NCBI GenBank assembly: GCA_905182765.1
Contig: CAJJCV010000030.1
Span: 3,478 to 67,477, forward strand
Source of the DNA: Cryomorphaceae bacterium BACL29 MAG-121220-bin8
GTDB lineage: Bacteria; Bacteroidota; Bacteroidia; Flavobacteriales; Flavobacteriaceae
DNA: 64,000 nucleotides
Reading direction: 5' to 3'
Positions 38,904-49,772 of the stretch are shown here, in pieces. Under the pieces are notes generated by a model. That model saw only the letters and a program-made list of their open reading frames with translations, made no database searches and was not told where the DNA came from. Each line of letters starts with the position of its first letter. The first letter of the stretch is position 1. The position numbers and the translations under genes are program-made.

Positions 38904-39632
38904 TTAGTCTAATTTCCTTAACCATATATTTCTAAAACTTAATGGAATGCAACAATGATCTTGTAGCATTATCGGAGCATTACCGTGAGCTGAGTATTTT
39001 GGCTGTCCAACATTTGTCGTAGTACCTTTAATTTCAACATGATTTTGAATTAAAACTCCATTATGAAAAACTGTAAAGTAACCAGGGTTTTCTAATATTT
39101 TATTTTTAAACTCAGGTGCTGTAAAAATAATGTCATAAGACTGCCAGTCACCTGGTTTTTTACTTGCGTTTTTTAAAGGAATATGTTGTTTATAAACAGA
39201 TCCTGCTTGACCATTAACATAAGTAGGGTTCTGGTAACTGTCTAAGATTTGTATTTCATAATTTTGTTGAAAAAAAACACCACTATTTGACCTGCTTTGA
39301 TTATTATGCTTGTCTAATCCTTCAGCATCCGTTTTCCATTCAATATGTAATTGAACTGATCCAAATGATTCTTTTGTTTGAATCGCACCCTTTCCGTTGA
39401 CAACAGTCATAGAGCCGTCATTATTGATTATCCATTGTGGCTCTTTATCTCCCCAAGTAACCCAGTTTGAAAAATCTGTTCCATCAAATAAAATAATTGC
39501 ATCACTTGGTGCTTTAGAAAAACTAAATGATTCTATTTTTTCTGGAATTGGCTCCCATATTTCTGTGGCTTTACTTTGAGATAAGGCAAATGAAAAACTT
39601 AAAAAAAAAATGTAAAATAATTTTGATTTCAT
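38904..39632 (-). CDS. DUF1080 (3-keto-disaccharide hydrolase-like) secreted protein
   Basis: Signal peptide, a concanavalin-like pattern and the characteristic C-terminus ..LSFRNIWLRKL. Confidence 0.7.
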   Translation of the reverse strand: MKSKLFYIFFLSFSFALSQSKATEIWEPIPEKIESFSFSKAPSDAIILFDGTDFSNWVTWGDKEPQWIINNDGSMTVVNGKGAIQTKESFGSVQLHIEWKTDAEGLDKHNNQSRSNSGVFFQQNYEIQILDSYQNPTYVNGQAGSVYKQHIPLKNASKKPGDWQSYDIIFTAPEFKNKILENPGYFTVFHNGVLIQNHVEIKGTTTNVGQPKYSAHGNAPIMLQDHCCIPLSFRNIWLRKLD

Positions 39633-39633
39633 A

Positions 39634-40119
39634 TTAAAGAGTTCTAAAGTATTCTGCTAAACTTTTAGCCTCTTGTTCAGTGAGGTTTTGGTTTAACATC
39701 AATATGTTATTATATTCTTTTAAAAGAGCAATAGCTACGGGATCTTCTTTTAACATTTGATCAGGATTCAGCATTATATTTAAAACCCATTCCACACTTC
39801 TTCTTTCATAAATTCCAGTCATAGCAGGACCAATTAATCTTCTGTTTACATTATGACATGCTGTACATTTTGAATTAAAAACTTGCTTGCCTTCACTTGC
39901 TAACTCCATGTTTATTTCAGAACTAAAACTATAATTTTTAATTGGACCAATACCTTTATTATTAAGATCTACTGGAGTTACACTATTAGCCTCTTTTACT
40001 TGTCTTTTTTCAGTTTTAACCCTTTTATAGATCGACTTTTGTTCTGGTTTTTTTGAATCACCGCAGCCAGAAACTAAAAGAAAAAATAAAACTAAACTAA
40101 TTGATTTGAAAACACTCAT
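39634..40119 (-). CDS. Lipoprotein c-type cytochrome (monohaem)
   Basis: Lipobox LLVSGC, a haem-binding CTACH motif and a downstream Met-containing region. Confidence 0.8.
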   Translation of the reverse strand: MSVFKSISLVLFFLLVSGCGDSKKPEQKSIYKRVKTEKRQVKEANSVTPVDLNNKGIGPIKNYSFSSEINMELASEGKQVFNSKCTACHNVNRRLIGPAMTGIYERRSVEWVLNIMLNPDQMLKEDPVAIALLKEYNNILMLNQNLTEQEAKSLAEYFRTL

Positions 40120-40179
40120 GATTAAACTTTTAACAATAATACAAAATCTGTTTTTTATTTTTTTAAAAAATAGATTAAA

Positions 40180-40536
40180 CTACTTTTTGTTAAGTTCAAT
40201 TTCAGCTTTTCTTACATTTTTTTTAGAGTTTCCTATATAAATTTTACTGTTTAATAATAATACCGGTCTTTTTAAAAAGCTATAATGGGTTAATAATAAT
40301 TTTTTAAAATCCTTTTCTTTTAACTCATTAGAGTTTAGATTCAGTTTTTTCAATAATTGTGCTCTTTTATTAAATAAAGCTTCGTAGCTATTAGTGATTT
40401 CAAAAAGTTCCTTTAATGCTTTTTCATCTATTGAATTTTTTTTGACATCTATTAAGCTAATGGACTGATTCAAAGACCATTGTTTGATTATTTTTTTACA
40501 CGTGGAACATGATGAGAGATAGTATAATTTATTCAT
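40180..40536 (-). CDS. ArsC/Spx/MgsR-family (arsenate reductase-like) protein
   Basis: 118 aa. The N-terminal LSSCSTCKK motif is typical of this thioredoxin-fold family. Confidence 0.65.
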   Translation of the reverse strand: MNKLYYLSSCSTCKKIIKQWSLNQSISLIDVKKNSIDEKALKELFEITNSYEALFNKRAQLLKKLNLNSNELKEKDFKKLLLTHYSFLKRPVLLLNSKIYIGNSKKNVRKAEIELNKK

Positions 40537-40594
40537 TTAAAAAATTTCAGTTTGGATTTAGAAGACATATATTTGGATAACTAAATTAGTTAAA

Positions 40595-41734
40595 ATGAAA
40601 TTTAATACAAAAACTATTCACGGAGGACAAATTGAAGAAAAAGGGTATGGTGCTGTAATGCCACCTATATATCAAACATCAACATATTCTCAAAAATCTC
40701 CGGGAGATCATAAAGGATATGAATACAGTAGAACACATAATCCGACAAGAAGTGCTTTAGAAAAATCCTTGGCGAGTATTGAAGGTGGGGGATTTGGTTT
40801 AGCATTTGGATCTGGTTTAGCAGCAATTGATGCCGTACTTAAGTTGCTAAATCCAGGTGATGAAATCATCTCTACTAATGACTTGTATGGAGGATCTTAT
40901 AGGCTCTTTACTAAGATTTTTGAAAAGTATGGGCTAGTTTTTCATTTTACTGAAATGGATGATTTATCTAAAATTGAAAGTTTAGTAAACAATAATACTA
41001 AAATGATTTGGGTTGAAACACCAACTAATCCAATGATGAATATTGTAGACATAAAAGGTCTAAGCAATATTTCAAAAAAATTCAATCTTATTTTAGCTGT
41101 TGACAACACCTTTGCAACTCCGTTTTTGCAACAACCTCTTTTGCTTGGCGCTGATATAGTTATGCACTCAGCAACAAAATATTTAGCAGGGCACAGCGAT
41201 GTAGTTTTAGGAGCACTTATTGTAAATGACAAAGAACTTTCTGAACAACTATATTTTATTCAAAATGCAAGCGGAGCAATTTGCGGACCTATGGATAGTT
41301 TTTTAACACTAAGAGGAATTAAAACATTACATGTAAGGATGGAGAGACATTGTGAAAATGCAGAAAAAATCGCCAATTACTTAAAAAGCAATCCGGAAAT
41401 TGAATCGGTTTATTGGCCAGGATTTAAAACGCATCCAAATCATGAAATTGCAAAAAGTCAAATGAACAACTACGGAGCAATGATTTCTTTTACTACAAAA
41501 GGAAACAGCCTTAGTAAATCCTTAAAGATTGTTGAATCTTTAAAGCTTTTCACATTAGCAGAATCATTAGGTGGGGTAGAAAGTTTAGCAGGTCATCCTG
41601 CTTCAATGACACATGCCTCAATTCCTAAATTAGAAAGAGAAAAATCAGGTGTTGTTGACTCCTTGGTCAGGCTTAGTGTAGGAATCGAAGATATTGAGGA
41701 TTTAATCGAGGATTTAAAACAAGCAATCGGTTAA
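40595..41734 (+). CDS. PLP-dependent trans-sulfuration enzyme (cystathionine gamma-synthase, gamma-lyase or beta-lyase family)
   Basis: Cys/Met-metabolism PLP signature around HSATKYLAGHSD. 379 aa. Confidence 0.85.
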   Translation: MKFNTKTIHGGQIEEKGYGAVMPPIYQTSTYSQKSPGDHKGYEYSRTHNPTRSALEKSLASIEGGGFGLAFGSGLAAIDAVLKLLNPGDEIISTNDLYGGSYRLFTKIFEKYGLVFHFTEMDDLSKIESLVNNNTKMIWVETPTNPMMNIVDIKGLSNISKKFNLILAVDNTFATPFLQQPLLLGADIVMHSATKYLAGHSDVVLGALIVNDKELSEQLYFIQNASGAICGPMDSFLTLRGIKTLHVRMERHCENAEKIANYLKSNPEIESVYWPGFKTHPNHEIAKSQMNNYGAMISFTTKGNSLSKSLKIVESLKLFTLAESLGGVESLAGHPASMTHASIPKLEREKSGVVDSLVRLSVGIEDIEDLIEDLKQAIG

Positions 41735-41783
41735 TTTGAACTATAATTAATTGTTTAACTTAGATTAATAAATCCTTTTTAGT

Positions 41784-43124
41784 ATGAAAAAAATTATAAA
41801 AAATTTTATTTCTGAAATAGATAAAAAAAACTCTCATGAGCCTGAATTTATGCAGGCAGTTAAAGAAATAGCTGAAACAGTTCTTCCGTACATAGTTTCA
41901 AAAGACATCTATCACGGTAAAAATATTTTAATGAGAATGGTTGAGCCTGAAAGAGTTTTGATGTTTAGGGTTAATTGGGTTGATGATAATGGAGAAATTC
42001 AAGTGAATAGAGGTTATCGAGTTCAAATGAACTCTGCAATTGGTCCGTATAAAGGGGGCCTAAGGTTTCATCCTACGGTAAATCTTAGTATTTTAAAGTT
42101 TTTGGCCCTTGAACAAGTGTTTAAAAACAGTCTTACAACTCTTCCAATGGGAGCAGGAAAAGGAGGTTCTGATTTTGACCCCAAAGGTAAAAGTGATGGT
42201 GAGGTAATGAGATTTTGTCAAAGTTTTATGACTGAACTACACAGATATATTGGCCCAAATACAGATATCCCTGCTGGAGATATAGGAGTAGGAGGTAGAG
42301 AAATAGGATATATGTTTGGTCAATATAAAAAATTGAAAAAAGAATTTACAGGGGTTCTAACTGGAAAAGGACTTTCTTGGGGGGGATCTCTGATAAGACC
42401 TGAGGCTACTGGTTATGGCACTGTATATTTTGCAGAAAACATGTTGAATCATGTCTCAAATACTATAAAAGGAAAAACTGTTGTTATTTCTGGGTCAGGA
42501 AATGTTGCTCAATACGCAGCAGAAAAATGTCTTCAGCTTTCGGCTAAAGTAATTTCAATGTCAGATTCCTCTGGAACAATTTACGATAAAGATGGTATAG
42601 ATAGTGAAAAACTAAATTTCATTATGAATTTAAAAAATTTAAAAAGAGGAAGAATACATGAGTATGTTGATCAATATCCAAACTCTATATTTTTTAAAGA
42701 CAAAACTCCGTGGGGAATCTCCTGTGATATAGCGCTTCCATGCGCAACTCAAAACGAACTAAATGAAAATGATGCTAAAATTTTAATTAAAAACGGATGT
42801 ATTTGTGTAAGCGAAGGAGCAAATATGCCCTGTGAACCTGATGCCATAAATGTATTTAAGCTAAATAAAATTTTATATGCTCCTGGAAAAGCTTCAAACG
42901 CCGGTGGAGTTGCTGTTTCAGGCCTTGAAATGGCACAGAATTCATTAAGATATAGTTGGTCAAGAGAAGAAGTTGATTCAAAATTAAAAGAGATCATGAA
43001 AGACATACATAGTTCATGTTTGACTCATGGTCAAGAGAAAGATTATGTGAATTATGAAAAAGGCGCAAATATAGCCGGATTCATTAAAGTTGCTGATGCA
43101 ATGTTAGCTCAAGGAGTAGTCTAA
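41784..43124 (+). CDS. gdhA: NADP-specific glutamate dehydrogenase
   Basis: Motifs LPMGAGKGGSDFDPKGKSD and GSGNVAQYAAEK. 446 aa. Confidence 0.9.
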   Translation: MKKIIKNFISEIDKKNSHEPEFMQAVKEIAETVLPYIVSKDIYHGKNILMRMVEPERVLMFRVNWVDDNGEIQVNRGYRVQMNSAIGPYKGGLRFHPTVNLSILKFLALEQVFKNSLTTLPMGAGKGGSDFDPKGKSDGEVMRFCQSFMTELHRYIGPNTDIPAGDIGVGGREIGYMFGQYKKLKKEFTGVLTGKGLSWGGSLIRPEATGYGTVYFAENMLNHVSNTIKGKTVVISGSGNVAQYAAEKCLQLSAKVISMSDSSGTIYDKDGIDSEKLNFIMNLKNLKRGRIHEYVDQYPNSIFFKDKTPWGISCDIALPCATQNELNENDAKILIKNGCICVSEGANMPCEPDAINVFKLNKILYAPGKASNAGGVAVSGLEMAQNSLRYSWSREEVDSKLKEIMKDIHSSCLTHGQEKDYVNYEKGANIAGFIKVADAMLAQGVV

Positions 43125-43126
43125 TA

Positions 43127-43846
43127 ATGCTTATTTCAACTCAGGCTATTTCCTTAAATTACGTTAAGTATTCTGAAACAAGTATAATTGTTAAATGTCT
43201 TACTAAATCTGATGGTTTAAAATCTTATTTAATAAAGGGAATACGAACATCGAAGAAGAAAAAAATTAATATAGGGTTTTTTCAGCCGCTTACTCAGCTG
43301 GAACTTGACGCAAACCATAGAAATAACGGAAATCTAGAAAGCATAAGGTCGGTTAAAATAATAAACCCATATAAGACTATTCATTTAGATATAGTTAAAA
43401 ACTCTATCGTGATGTTTTTGTCTGAAGTTCTTTCAAAAAGTATTAAGGAGGAAGAAAAAAACTTTGCTCTTTTCAATTTTTTAAAAGATTCAATGATCTG
43501 GCTAGATCAATCTAAAAAATTCAGTAATTTTCATATACACTTTTTGATTAAACTACTTTCATTTTTGGGTATTTCACCAGATCAATCTAATCAGGATTTA
43601 AACGGATTCAACATGATTGATGGAATATTTTGTAAATATGACGGAAGTGAATATTGTGTGAATGGAGAAATAGTTTCAAATTTTAAAAGCTTTTTAGGCA
43701 CAGAATTTGATAATTCAAGTTGTAAGGTTAATACTTCTAAAAAAAGAAAGGAATTAATTGAATTTTTAATTAAATATATGCAGATTCACTTACCAGATTT
43801 TAAAAGACCCAATTCTCTAAATATTCTTTATGAACTATTTAGCTAG
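43127..43846 (+). CDS. recO: DNA repair protein RecO
   Basis: 239 aa with an OB-fold-like N-terminus (AISLNYVKYSETSIIVKCLT). Size and pattern are typical of RecO. Confidence 0.7.
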   Translation: MLISTQAISLNYVKYSETSIIVKCLTKSDGLKSYLIKGIRTSKKKKINIGFFQPLTQLELDANHRNNGNLESIRSVKIINPYKTIHLDIVKNSIVMFLSEVLSKSIKEEEKNFALFNFLKDSMIWLDQSKKFSNFHIHFLIKLLSFLGISPDQSNQDLNGFNMIDGIFCKYDGSEYCVNGEIVSNFKSFLGTEFDNSSCKVNTSKKRKELIEFLIKYMQIHLPDFKRPNSLNILYELFS

Positions 43847-46304
43847 ATTCTTTTTTACATTTTGCCTTTTGTTTTTGTTTAAAATGAGTTATTCTCAGAA
43901 AATAATTTTAATTGACAACGTTAATAAAACACCTGTTCCAGATGTTACTGTATATGGGAAATTCAGTAATAAATCATTGATTTCAAATAAAAATGGACTT
44001 ATTGATCTCAAACAATTTGATAAAAATGACACTTTAGTTTTTGGTCACGTTTCTTATAATTCTATTGAAATTATAAAAGGTGCTATTTTTGAGGGTTCTA
44101 AACTATATTTAATACCCATTACTCACGAATTATCTGAGATTATCTTGTCTGTTGCCAGAAATAAAGAAAGCAAAGAAAAGATATCAAAACAAGTTTCATT
44201 AATAACATCAAAAGATTTAAAGCTAGACTTGCCTCAAACCTCGGCTGATTTACTGACATATGCCAGCGGAATTAGAGTTCAAAAATCTCAAGGGGGTGGC
44301 GGAAGCCCAGCAATAAGAGGTTTTGAAGCAAACCGCGTACTACTTGTTATTGATGGTGTAAGAATGAATAATGCCATATATCGTTCAGGACATTTGCAAA
44401 ACTCTATTACCGTAAATCCAAATAGTCTTGAAAGAACAGAAATTATTTACGGACCTTCATCTGTGGGATACGGCTCTGATGCTTTGGGCGGGGTGGTACA
44501 TTTTTATACTAAGACCCCAAAAATTAATAATAATAATAAATGGAATTCTAATGGAATTTCATCTTATAATGTTAGGTTAAACAATATTATTCAAAATTTA
44601 GACTTTGAGTATAGTGCAAAAAAATGGGCAAGCTATACAAACATTTCTTTTTCAAAATTTGGTGATATTATAATGGGTGGTGAAAGAAAACATGGTTTTG
44701 ATGATTGGGGCTTAGACAATCATTATTTAGATTCAGACAAATTTAATGACTCTAAAATTACTAATGACAACCCTAAGACTCAGCTAAACACGGCCTACGA
44801 ACAATATGACTTTATGCAAAAATTTAATTTTTTGCTTTCAGAATCATCTAATATGATTATAAATTTACAACACTCTAATTCCTCTGATATAAATAGATTT
44901 GATAAACTAAACGAAATAAAAAACGGAAATTACAAATACTCAGAATGGTATTACGGTCCACAAAAAAGAACAATGATTTCTGCACTTTTTAATTTTTCAA
45001 AAAAGAAAAAATTAAGTGATAAAAGCAAGCTGCTTTTTGCTTATCAAAAAATAGCCGAATCACGTCACTCTAGAAGGTTTCAAGAGCTTTCTAAAATTAA
45101 TCAAATAGAAAATCTAAATGTGTTTTCTATAAATAACGATTATTTTAAAAACTATTCTAATAATTCATCTCTAGTATATGGTTTTGAATATACTTTCAAT
45201 AATGTTAACTCTAAAGCGTTTTTGCAAAACTATAACTTATCAGAATCTGGGATGGCTGAATCAAATCAATTTTATAATATTCCCACAAGATATCCAAGTG
45301 AAGAAGGGCATTACTCAACAGCTGCTGCTTATTATGAGTTTAGAAAAGATATTTCAAAACAATCAAACTTTAATATAGGTATGAGATTTACTAACACTAT
45401 GCTTAAGGCAAAGTGGAACGATGACAATATCATTAATGCAAATATTTCTGATGTTCACTCTAAAAATTCTTCCATTACAAGTAGTTTAGGTTATGTCTTT
45501 AGATCAAAAAATAATTGGAAAATAAGTACTAATTTTTCTAGCGGTTTCAGGTCTCCAAATATTGACGATATTGGAAAAATTCGAGAGCAAAATGGTATAC
45601 TTTCAGTTCCAAATGCTGAACTAAAGCCTGAATACGCATATAATACTGAGCTTGGTCTTTCTAAATTTTCTATTGATAAGCAAAATATGTTTTCTATAAA
45701 TGCATATTATACTCATATATCAAAACATATTACAAGAGATTACTTTGAAATAACTGATGATAGATCAACTAGTGATAAATCTACTATTATATTCAATTCT
45801 GAAGAAGTAATTACAATGGCTAATGTAAACAAGGGAAATGCATATATATATGGAGCCTCTCTAGGCTTTAAACTAAAATTCCCTGATTTATGGTTGATTA
45901 AAGGTGATTTAACTTACACCGAAGGAGGAAGTGTAGATAATGACCTCCCACTACCGTCAATTTCTCCTTTTTTTGGAAAGTTTTCTTTTAGATATATTAT
46001 AAATAAATCGAGTGATTTTGAGTTATCTTACAAATTTTCTAGCTCAAAAGATCCAGATAAATACAGCATTGGAGGAGAAGACGGTCTGGAAGAAACTCCA
46101 ATTGTTTTTGACGGAATAGACTTTACTTACAGTGGAATGCCCTCTTGGAGTGTAGTGAAACTTTCTTCATCTTATAAATTTTCTAATAGATTTAAAACAT
46201 TAATTGTTTTAGATAATATTTTTGACATTCATTACAGAGAATTTGCCTCAGGAATATCGGCACCTGGAAGGAACTTAAATTTAGTTTTAAGTTATAAGTT
46301 TTAA
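43830..46304 (+). CDS. TonB-dependent receptor (CarboxypepD_reg N-domain, plug and barrel)
   Basis: Signal peptide, plug motifs (RGFEANRVLLVIDGVRMNN, IIYGPSSVGYGSDALGGVVHF) and a C-terminal ..LVLSYKF. Confidence 0.85.
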   Translation: MNYLARFFFTFCLLFLFKMSYSQKIILIDNVNKTPVPDVTVYGKFSNKSLISNKNGLIDLKQFDKNDTLVFGHVSYNSIEIIKGAIFEGSKLYLIPITHELSEIILSVARNKESKEKISKQVSLITSKDLKLDLPQTSADLLTYASGIRVQKSQGGGGSPAIRGFEANRVLLVIDGVRMNNAIYRSGHLQNSITVNPNSLERTEIIYGPSSVGYGSDALGGVVHFYTKTPKINNNNKWNSNGISSYNVRLNNIIQNLDFEYSAKKWASYTNISFSKFGDIIMGGERKHGFDDWGLDNHYLDSDKFNDSKITNDNPKTQLNTAYEQYDFMQKFNFLLSESSNMIINLQHSNSSDINRFDKLNEIKNGNYKYSEWYYGPQKRTMISALFNFSKKKKLSDKSKLLFAYQKIAESRHSRRFQELSKINQIENLNVFSINNDYFKNYSNNSSLVYGFEYTFNNVNSKAFLQNYNLSESGMAESNQFYNIPTRYPSEEGHYSTAAAYYEFRKDISKQSNFNIGMRFTNTMLKAKWNDDNIINANISDVHSKNSSITSSLGYVFRSKNNWKISTNFSSGFRSPNIDDIGKIREQNGILSVPNAELKPEYAYNTELGLSKFSIDKQNMFSINAYYTHISKHITRDYFEITDDRSTSDKSTIIFNSEEVITMANVNKGNAYIYGASLGFKLKFPDLWLIKGDLTYTEGGSVDNDLPLPSISPFFGKFSFRYIINKSSDFELSYKFSSSKDPDKYSIGGEDGLEETPIVFDGIDFTYSGMPSWSVVKLSSSYKFSNRFKTLIVLDNIFDIHYREFASGISAPGRNLNLVLSYKF

Positions 46305-46365
46305 GTTCTGCAAATTTCATCTAAAATAGTTACTTTCGCTTTTAGTAAATTTCGATTTATTCACA

Positions 46366-49300
46366 ATGGCATTTAAAGAATACAATGGTTTAAATTTATC
46401 TCAAGTTGCAGATGAAGTTCTAGCAGACTGGGAAAAAAACCGCTCTTTTGAAAAAAGTATTAGTTTAAGAAAAAACGCTTCTAAATTTATTTTTTACGAA
46501 GGTCCCCCCTCTGCCAATGGCATGCCAGGGATACATCATGTTATGGCACGAAGTATCAAAGATATTTTTTGTAGATATAAAACCTTAAAAGGGTTTCAAG
46601 TTGACAGAAAAGCAGGATGGGACACACACGGCCTTCCAATCGAACTTAGTGTTGAAAAAGATTTAGGGATTACAAAAGAAGATATTGGAACTAAAATATC
46701 TGTAGAAGATTACAATAAGGCTTGTAAAAAAGCCGTAATGAAATATACAGACGTTTGGAATGATTTAACAAAAAAAATGGGCTATTGGGTAGACATGAGT
46801 AATCCTTATGTTACTTATAAGTCAAAATATATTGAATCCGTTTGGTGGCTATTAAAACAGCTTTTCGATAAGAATTTAATTTATAAAGGCTATACTATTC
46901 AGCCTTACTCACCAAAAGCAGGAACAGGATTAAGCTCTCATGAGCTAAATCAACCTGGGACTTATCAAGACGTAAGTGATACAACTGTAACTGCTCAATT
47001 TAAAGCTTTAAACAACTCACTTCCTTCATTATTGTCTAGTTATGAAACTTTATATTTTTTAGCCTGGACAACTACCCCTTGGACTCTTCCTTCAAACACC
47101 GCTCTTACTGTTGGTGCAAAAATAAAATACAGCGTAGTATCAACTTTTAATCAATATACGCATGAGTTTACAAATGTTGTTTTAGCAAGTGATCTAATAT
47201 CAAAAGTGTTTAATGGTAGTTATTTTGAAGTTTATTCAGAAGATGACCTTAAGTATAATTCAAAAATTGATAAAAAAATTCCTTTTTTAATTAATGAATC
47301 AATAAATGGAAGTGAATTAGTTGGAATAAAATATTCTCAGCTTTGGGAAGAGGCTCCTTTACCTTATAAAAATCCTGAAAATGCTTTTAGGATTATTCAT
47401 GGTGACTTTGTGACAACAGAAGATGGTACTGGAATTGTTCATACTGCCCCTACTTTTGGTGCAGACGATGCAAAAGTTGCTAAAATGGCTTCGCCTGAGA
47501 TACCAGCATTATTAATTCTTGACGAAAATCAACAACCTGTTCCGTTAGTTGACTTACAAGGAAAATTTAGAAAAGAACTTGGTTTTTTAGCAGGAAAGTT
47601 TGTAAAGAATGAATATTATGAAGAAGAAAATATTCCAGAAAAATCTGTAGATGTTGAAATCGCCATAAAGCTTAAAGAGCAAAACAAAGCTTTTAAGGTT
47701 GAAAAATATGTTCACAGTTACCCAAATTGCTGGAGAACTGATAAACCAATATTATACTACCCTTTAGATTCTTGGTTTATAAAAGTAACTGATAAAAAAG
47801 AAGATTTAGTTGAGCTTAATAAGTCAATTAACTGGAAGCCTAAATCAACAGGGGAAGGTAGATTTGGAAACTGGCTAGCAAATGCTAATGATTGGAATTT
47901 GTCAAGATCTCGATTCTGGGGGATTCCATTGCCAATATGGAGAACAAGTGATTCTAAAGAGGTGTTGGTTATTGGCTCAATGAAAGAATTAAAAACAGAA
48001 ATTCAAAAATCTGTTTCAAATGGATTTATGAAAAATGATCCTTTTGGGAACTTTGATCACAAGGACATGAGCGATGACAACTATGATAAAATTGATTTAC
48101 ATAAAAATGTAGTTGATGACATTGTTCTTTGTTCTAAAAAGGGCGAGAAAATGTATCGTGAACCTGATTTGATTGACGTTTGGTTTGATTCAGGGTCTAT
48201 GCCTTATGCCCAATGGCATTATCCATTTGAAAACAAAAATAAAATTGACAACAATGAAGCCTTCCCAGCTGATTATATAGCTGAGGGAGTAGACCAAACT
48301 AGGGGTTGGTTTTATACTCTTCATGCTATTGCAACAACAGTTTTTAAATCAATAGCTTATAAAAACGTAATTTCTAATGGACTTGTCCTTGATAAAAACG
48401 GCCAAAAAATGTCAAAAAGACTGGGTAATGCCGTTGATCCTTTTAAAACTATTTCTGATTTTGGCCCAGATGCCACTAGATGGTACATGATTAGTAACGC
48501 TAATCCGTGGGATAACCTAAAGTTTGATTTAGACGGGATCGAAGAAAGTAAACGTAAATTCTTTGGGACGCTTTACAATGTTTACTCGTTTTTTGCATTA
48601 TACGCTAATATTGATGATTTCAATTATAGTGAAAATGAAATAAATATAAATGACAGGCCTGAGCTTGATAAATGGATATTATCAGAGCTAAATTCTTTAA
48701 TAGCTGAAGTTGACGATCATTATGATAATTATGAGCCTACAAAAGCTGCAAGAGCTATTTCAAACTTTGTTCAATTATATTTAAGTAATTGGTATGTAAG
48801 ATTATCTCGACGAAGATTTTGGAAAGGATCTTATGGTCAAGATAAAATTAGCGCATATCAGACTCTTTATAAATGTTTAACTGTAGTGTCTAAATTATCG
48901 TCTCCAATCGCACCATTTTTTATGGACAGACTATATAAAGATTTGGTCACTAATACTTCAAAAAACCCATTAGATTCAGTTCATCATGATGAATTTCCTG
49001 TTTCAAATTCCAATGAAATATATCCTGAACTACAACAAAAAATCAGAAATGCTCAGACTATATGCTCTTTGGTATTGTCGCTTAGAAAGAAAGAAAAAAT
49101 TAAAGTTCGTCAACCTCTTTCTAAGATCATGATTCCATTTTCTAATGAAAATGAAAAAAAAGAAATTCTTGAAATTTCTGAACTGATTAAGTCTGAAGTA
49201 AATGTTAAAGAAGTAGAGCTTATAAGTAATTCCTCTGGAATATTAATTAAAAAAGTTAAGCCTAATTTCAAATCACTTGGGCCTAAACTTGGCAAGAAAT

Positions 49301-49770
49301 TATCTGCAGTAATGGCTAAAATTAAAACTCTTAGCGATTTTGACATTCAAAAAATTGAAGCAAATCAGTCTGTTTCTATAACTCTAGATTCTGAAAAAAT
49401 AATTTTAGAACCAAGTGATTTAGAAATTGTTTCTGAAGATATTGAAGGCTGGTTAGTAGCATCTGAGAATGGAGTAACAGTAGCCCTTGATATACAATTA
49501 AATGATGCATTAATAAATGAAGGCATCTGTAGAGAGTTAGTAAATCGAATTCAAACTTTAAGAAAAGAAAGTGGACTTCTAGTTACTGATAAAATTAATT
49601 TAAAAATTCAAAAGGATATTGTCCTTGAAAAAGCTATTTTTGAAAACCAAGATTATATTTTGACTGAGACTTTAGCTGAAAAACTGGAAGTTTTAGTTGA
49701 TTTAAATAACGGAATTTTACTTGAATTTGATAATATTAACTCTAAATTACATTTAACCAAAATTGATTAA
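46366..49770 (+). CDS. ileS: Isoleucine-tRNA ligase (long, type 2)
   Basis: HIGH-type motif (PSANGMPGIHHV) and KMSKS motif (QKMSKRLGN). 1134 aa. Confidence 0.95.
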   Translation: MAFKEYNGLNLSQVADEVLADWEKNRSFEKSISLRKNASKFIFYEGPPSANGMPGIHHVMARSIKDIFCRYKTLKGFQVDRKAGWDTHGLPIELSVEKDLGITKEDIGTKISVEDYNKACKKAVMKYTDVWNDLTKKMGYWVDMSNPYVTYKSKYIESVWWLLKQLFDKNLIYKGYTIQPYSPKAGTGLSSHELNQPGTYQDVSDTTVTAQFKALNNSLPSLLSSYETLYFLAWTTTPWTLPSNTALTVGAKIKYSVVSTFNQYTHEFTNVVLASDLISKVFNGSYFEVYSEDDLKYNSKIDKKIPFLINESINGSELVGIKYSQLWEEAPLPYKNPENAFRIIHGDFVTTEDGTGIVHTAPTFGADDAKVAKMASPEIPALLILDENQQPVPLVDLQGKFRKELGFLAGKFVKNEYYEEENIPEKSVDVEIAIKLKEQNKAFKVEKYVHSYPNCWRTDKPILYYPLDSWFIKVTDKKEDLVELNKSINWKPKSTGEGRFGNWLANANDWNLSRSRFWGIPLPIWRTSDSKEVLVIGSMKELKTEIQKSVSNGFMKNDPFGNFDHKDMSDDNYDKIDLHKNVVDDIVLCSKKGEKMYREPDLIDVWFDSGSMPYAQWHYPFENKNKIDNNEAFPADYIAEGVDQTRGWFYTLHAIATTVFKSIAYKNVISNGLVLDKNGQKMSKRLGNAVDPFKTISDFGPDATRWYMISNANPWDNLKFDLDGIEESKRKFFGTLYNVYSFFALYANIDDFNYSENEININDRPELDKWILSELNSLIAEVDDHYDNYEPTKAARAISNFVQLYLSNWYVRLSRRRFWKGSYGQDKISAYQTLYKCLTVVSKLSSPIAPFFMDRLYKDLVTNTSKNPLDSVHHDEFPVSNSNEIYPELQQKIRNAQTICSLVLSLRKKEKIKVRQPLSKIMIPFSNENEKKEILEISELIKSEVNVKEVELISNSSGILIKKVKPNFKSLGPKLGKKLSAVMAKIKTLSDFDIQKIEANQSVSITLDSEKIILEPSDLEIVSEDIEGWLVASENGVTVALDIQLNDALINEGICRELVNRIQTLRKESGLLVTDKINLKIQKDIVLEKAIFENQDYILTETLAEKLEVLVDLNNGILLEFDNINSKLHLTKID

Positions 49771-49772
49771 TT

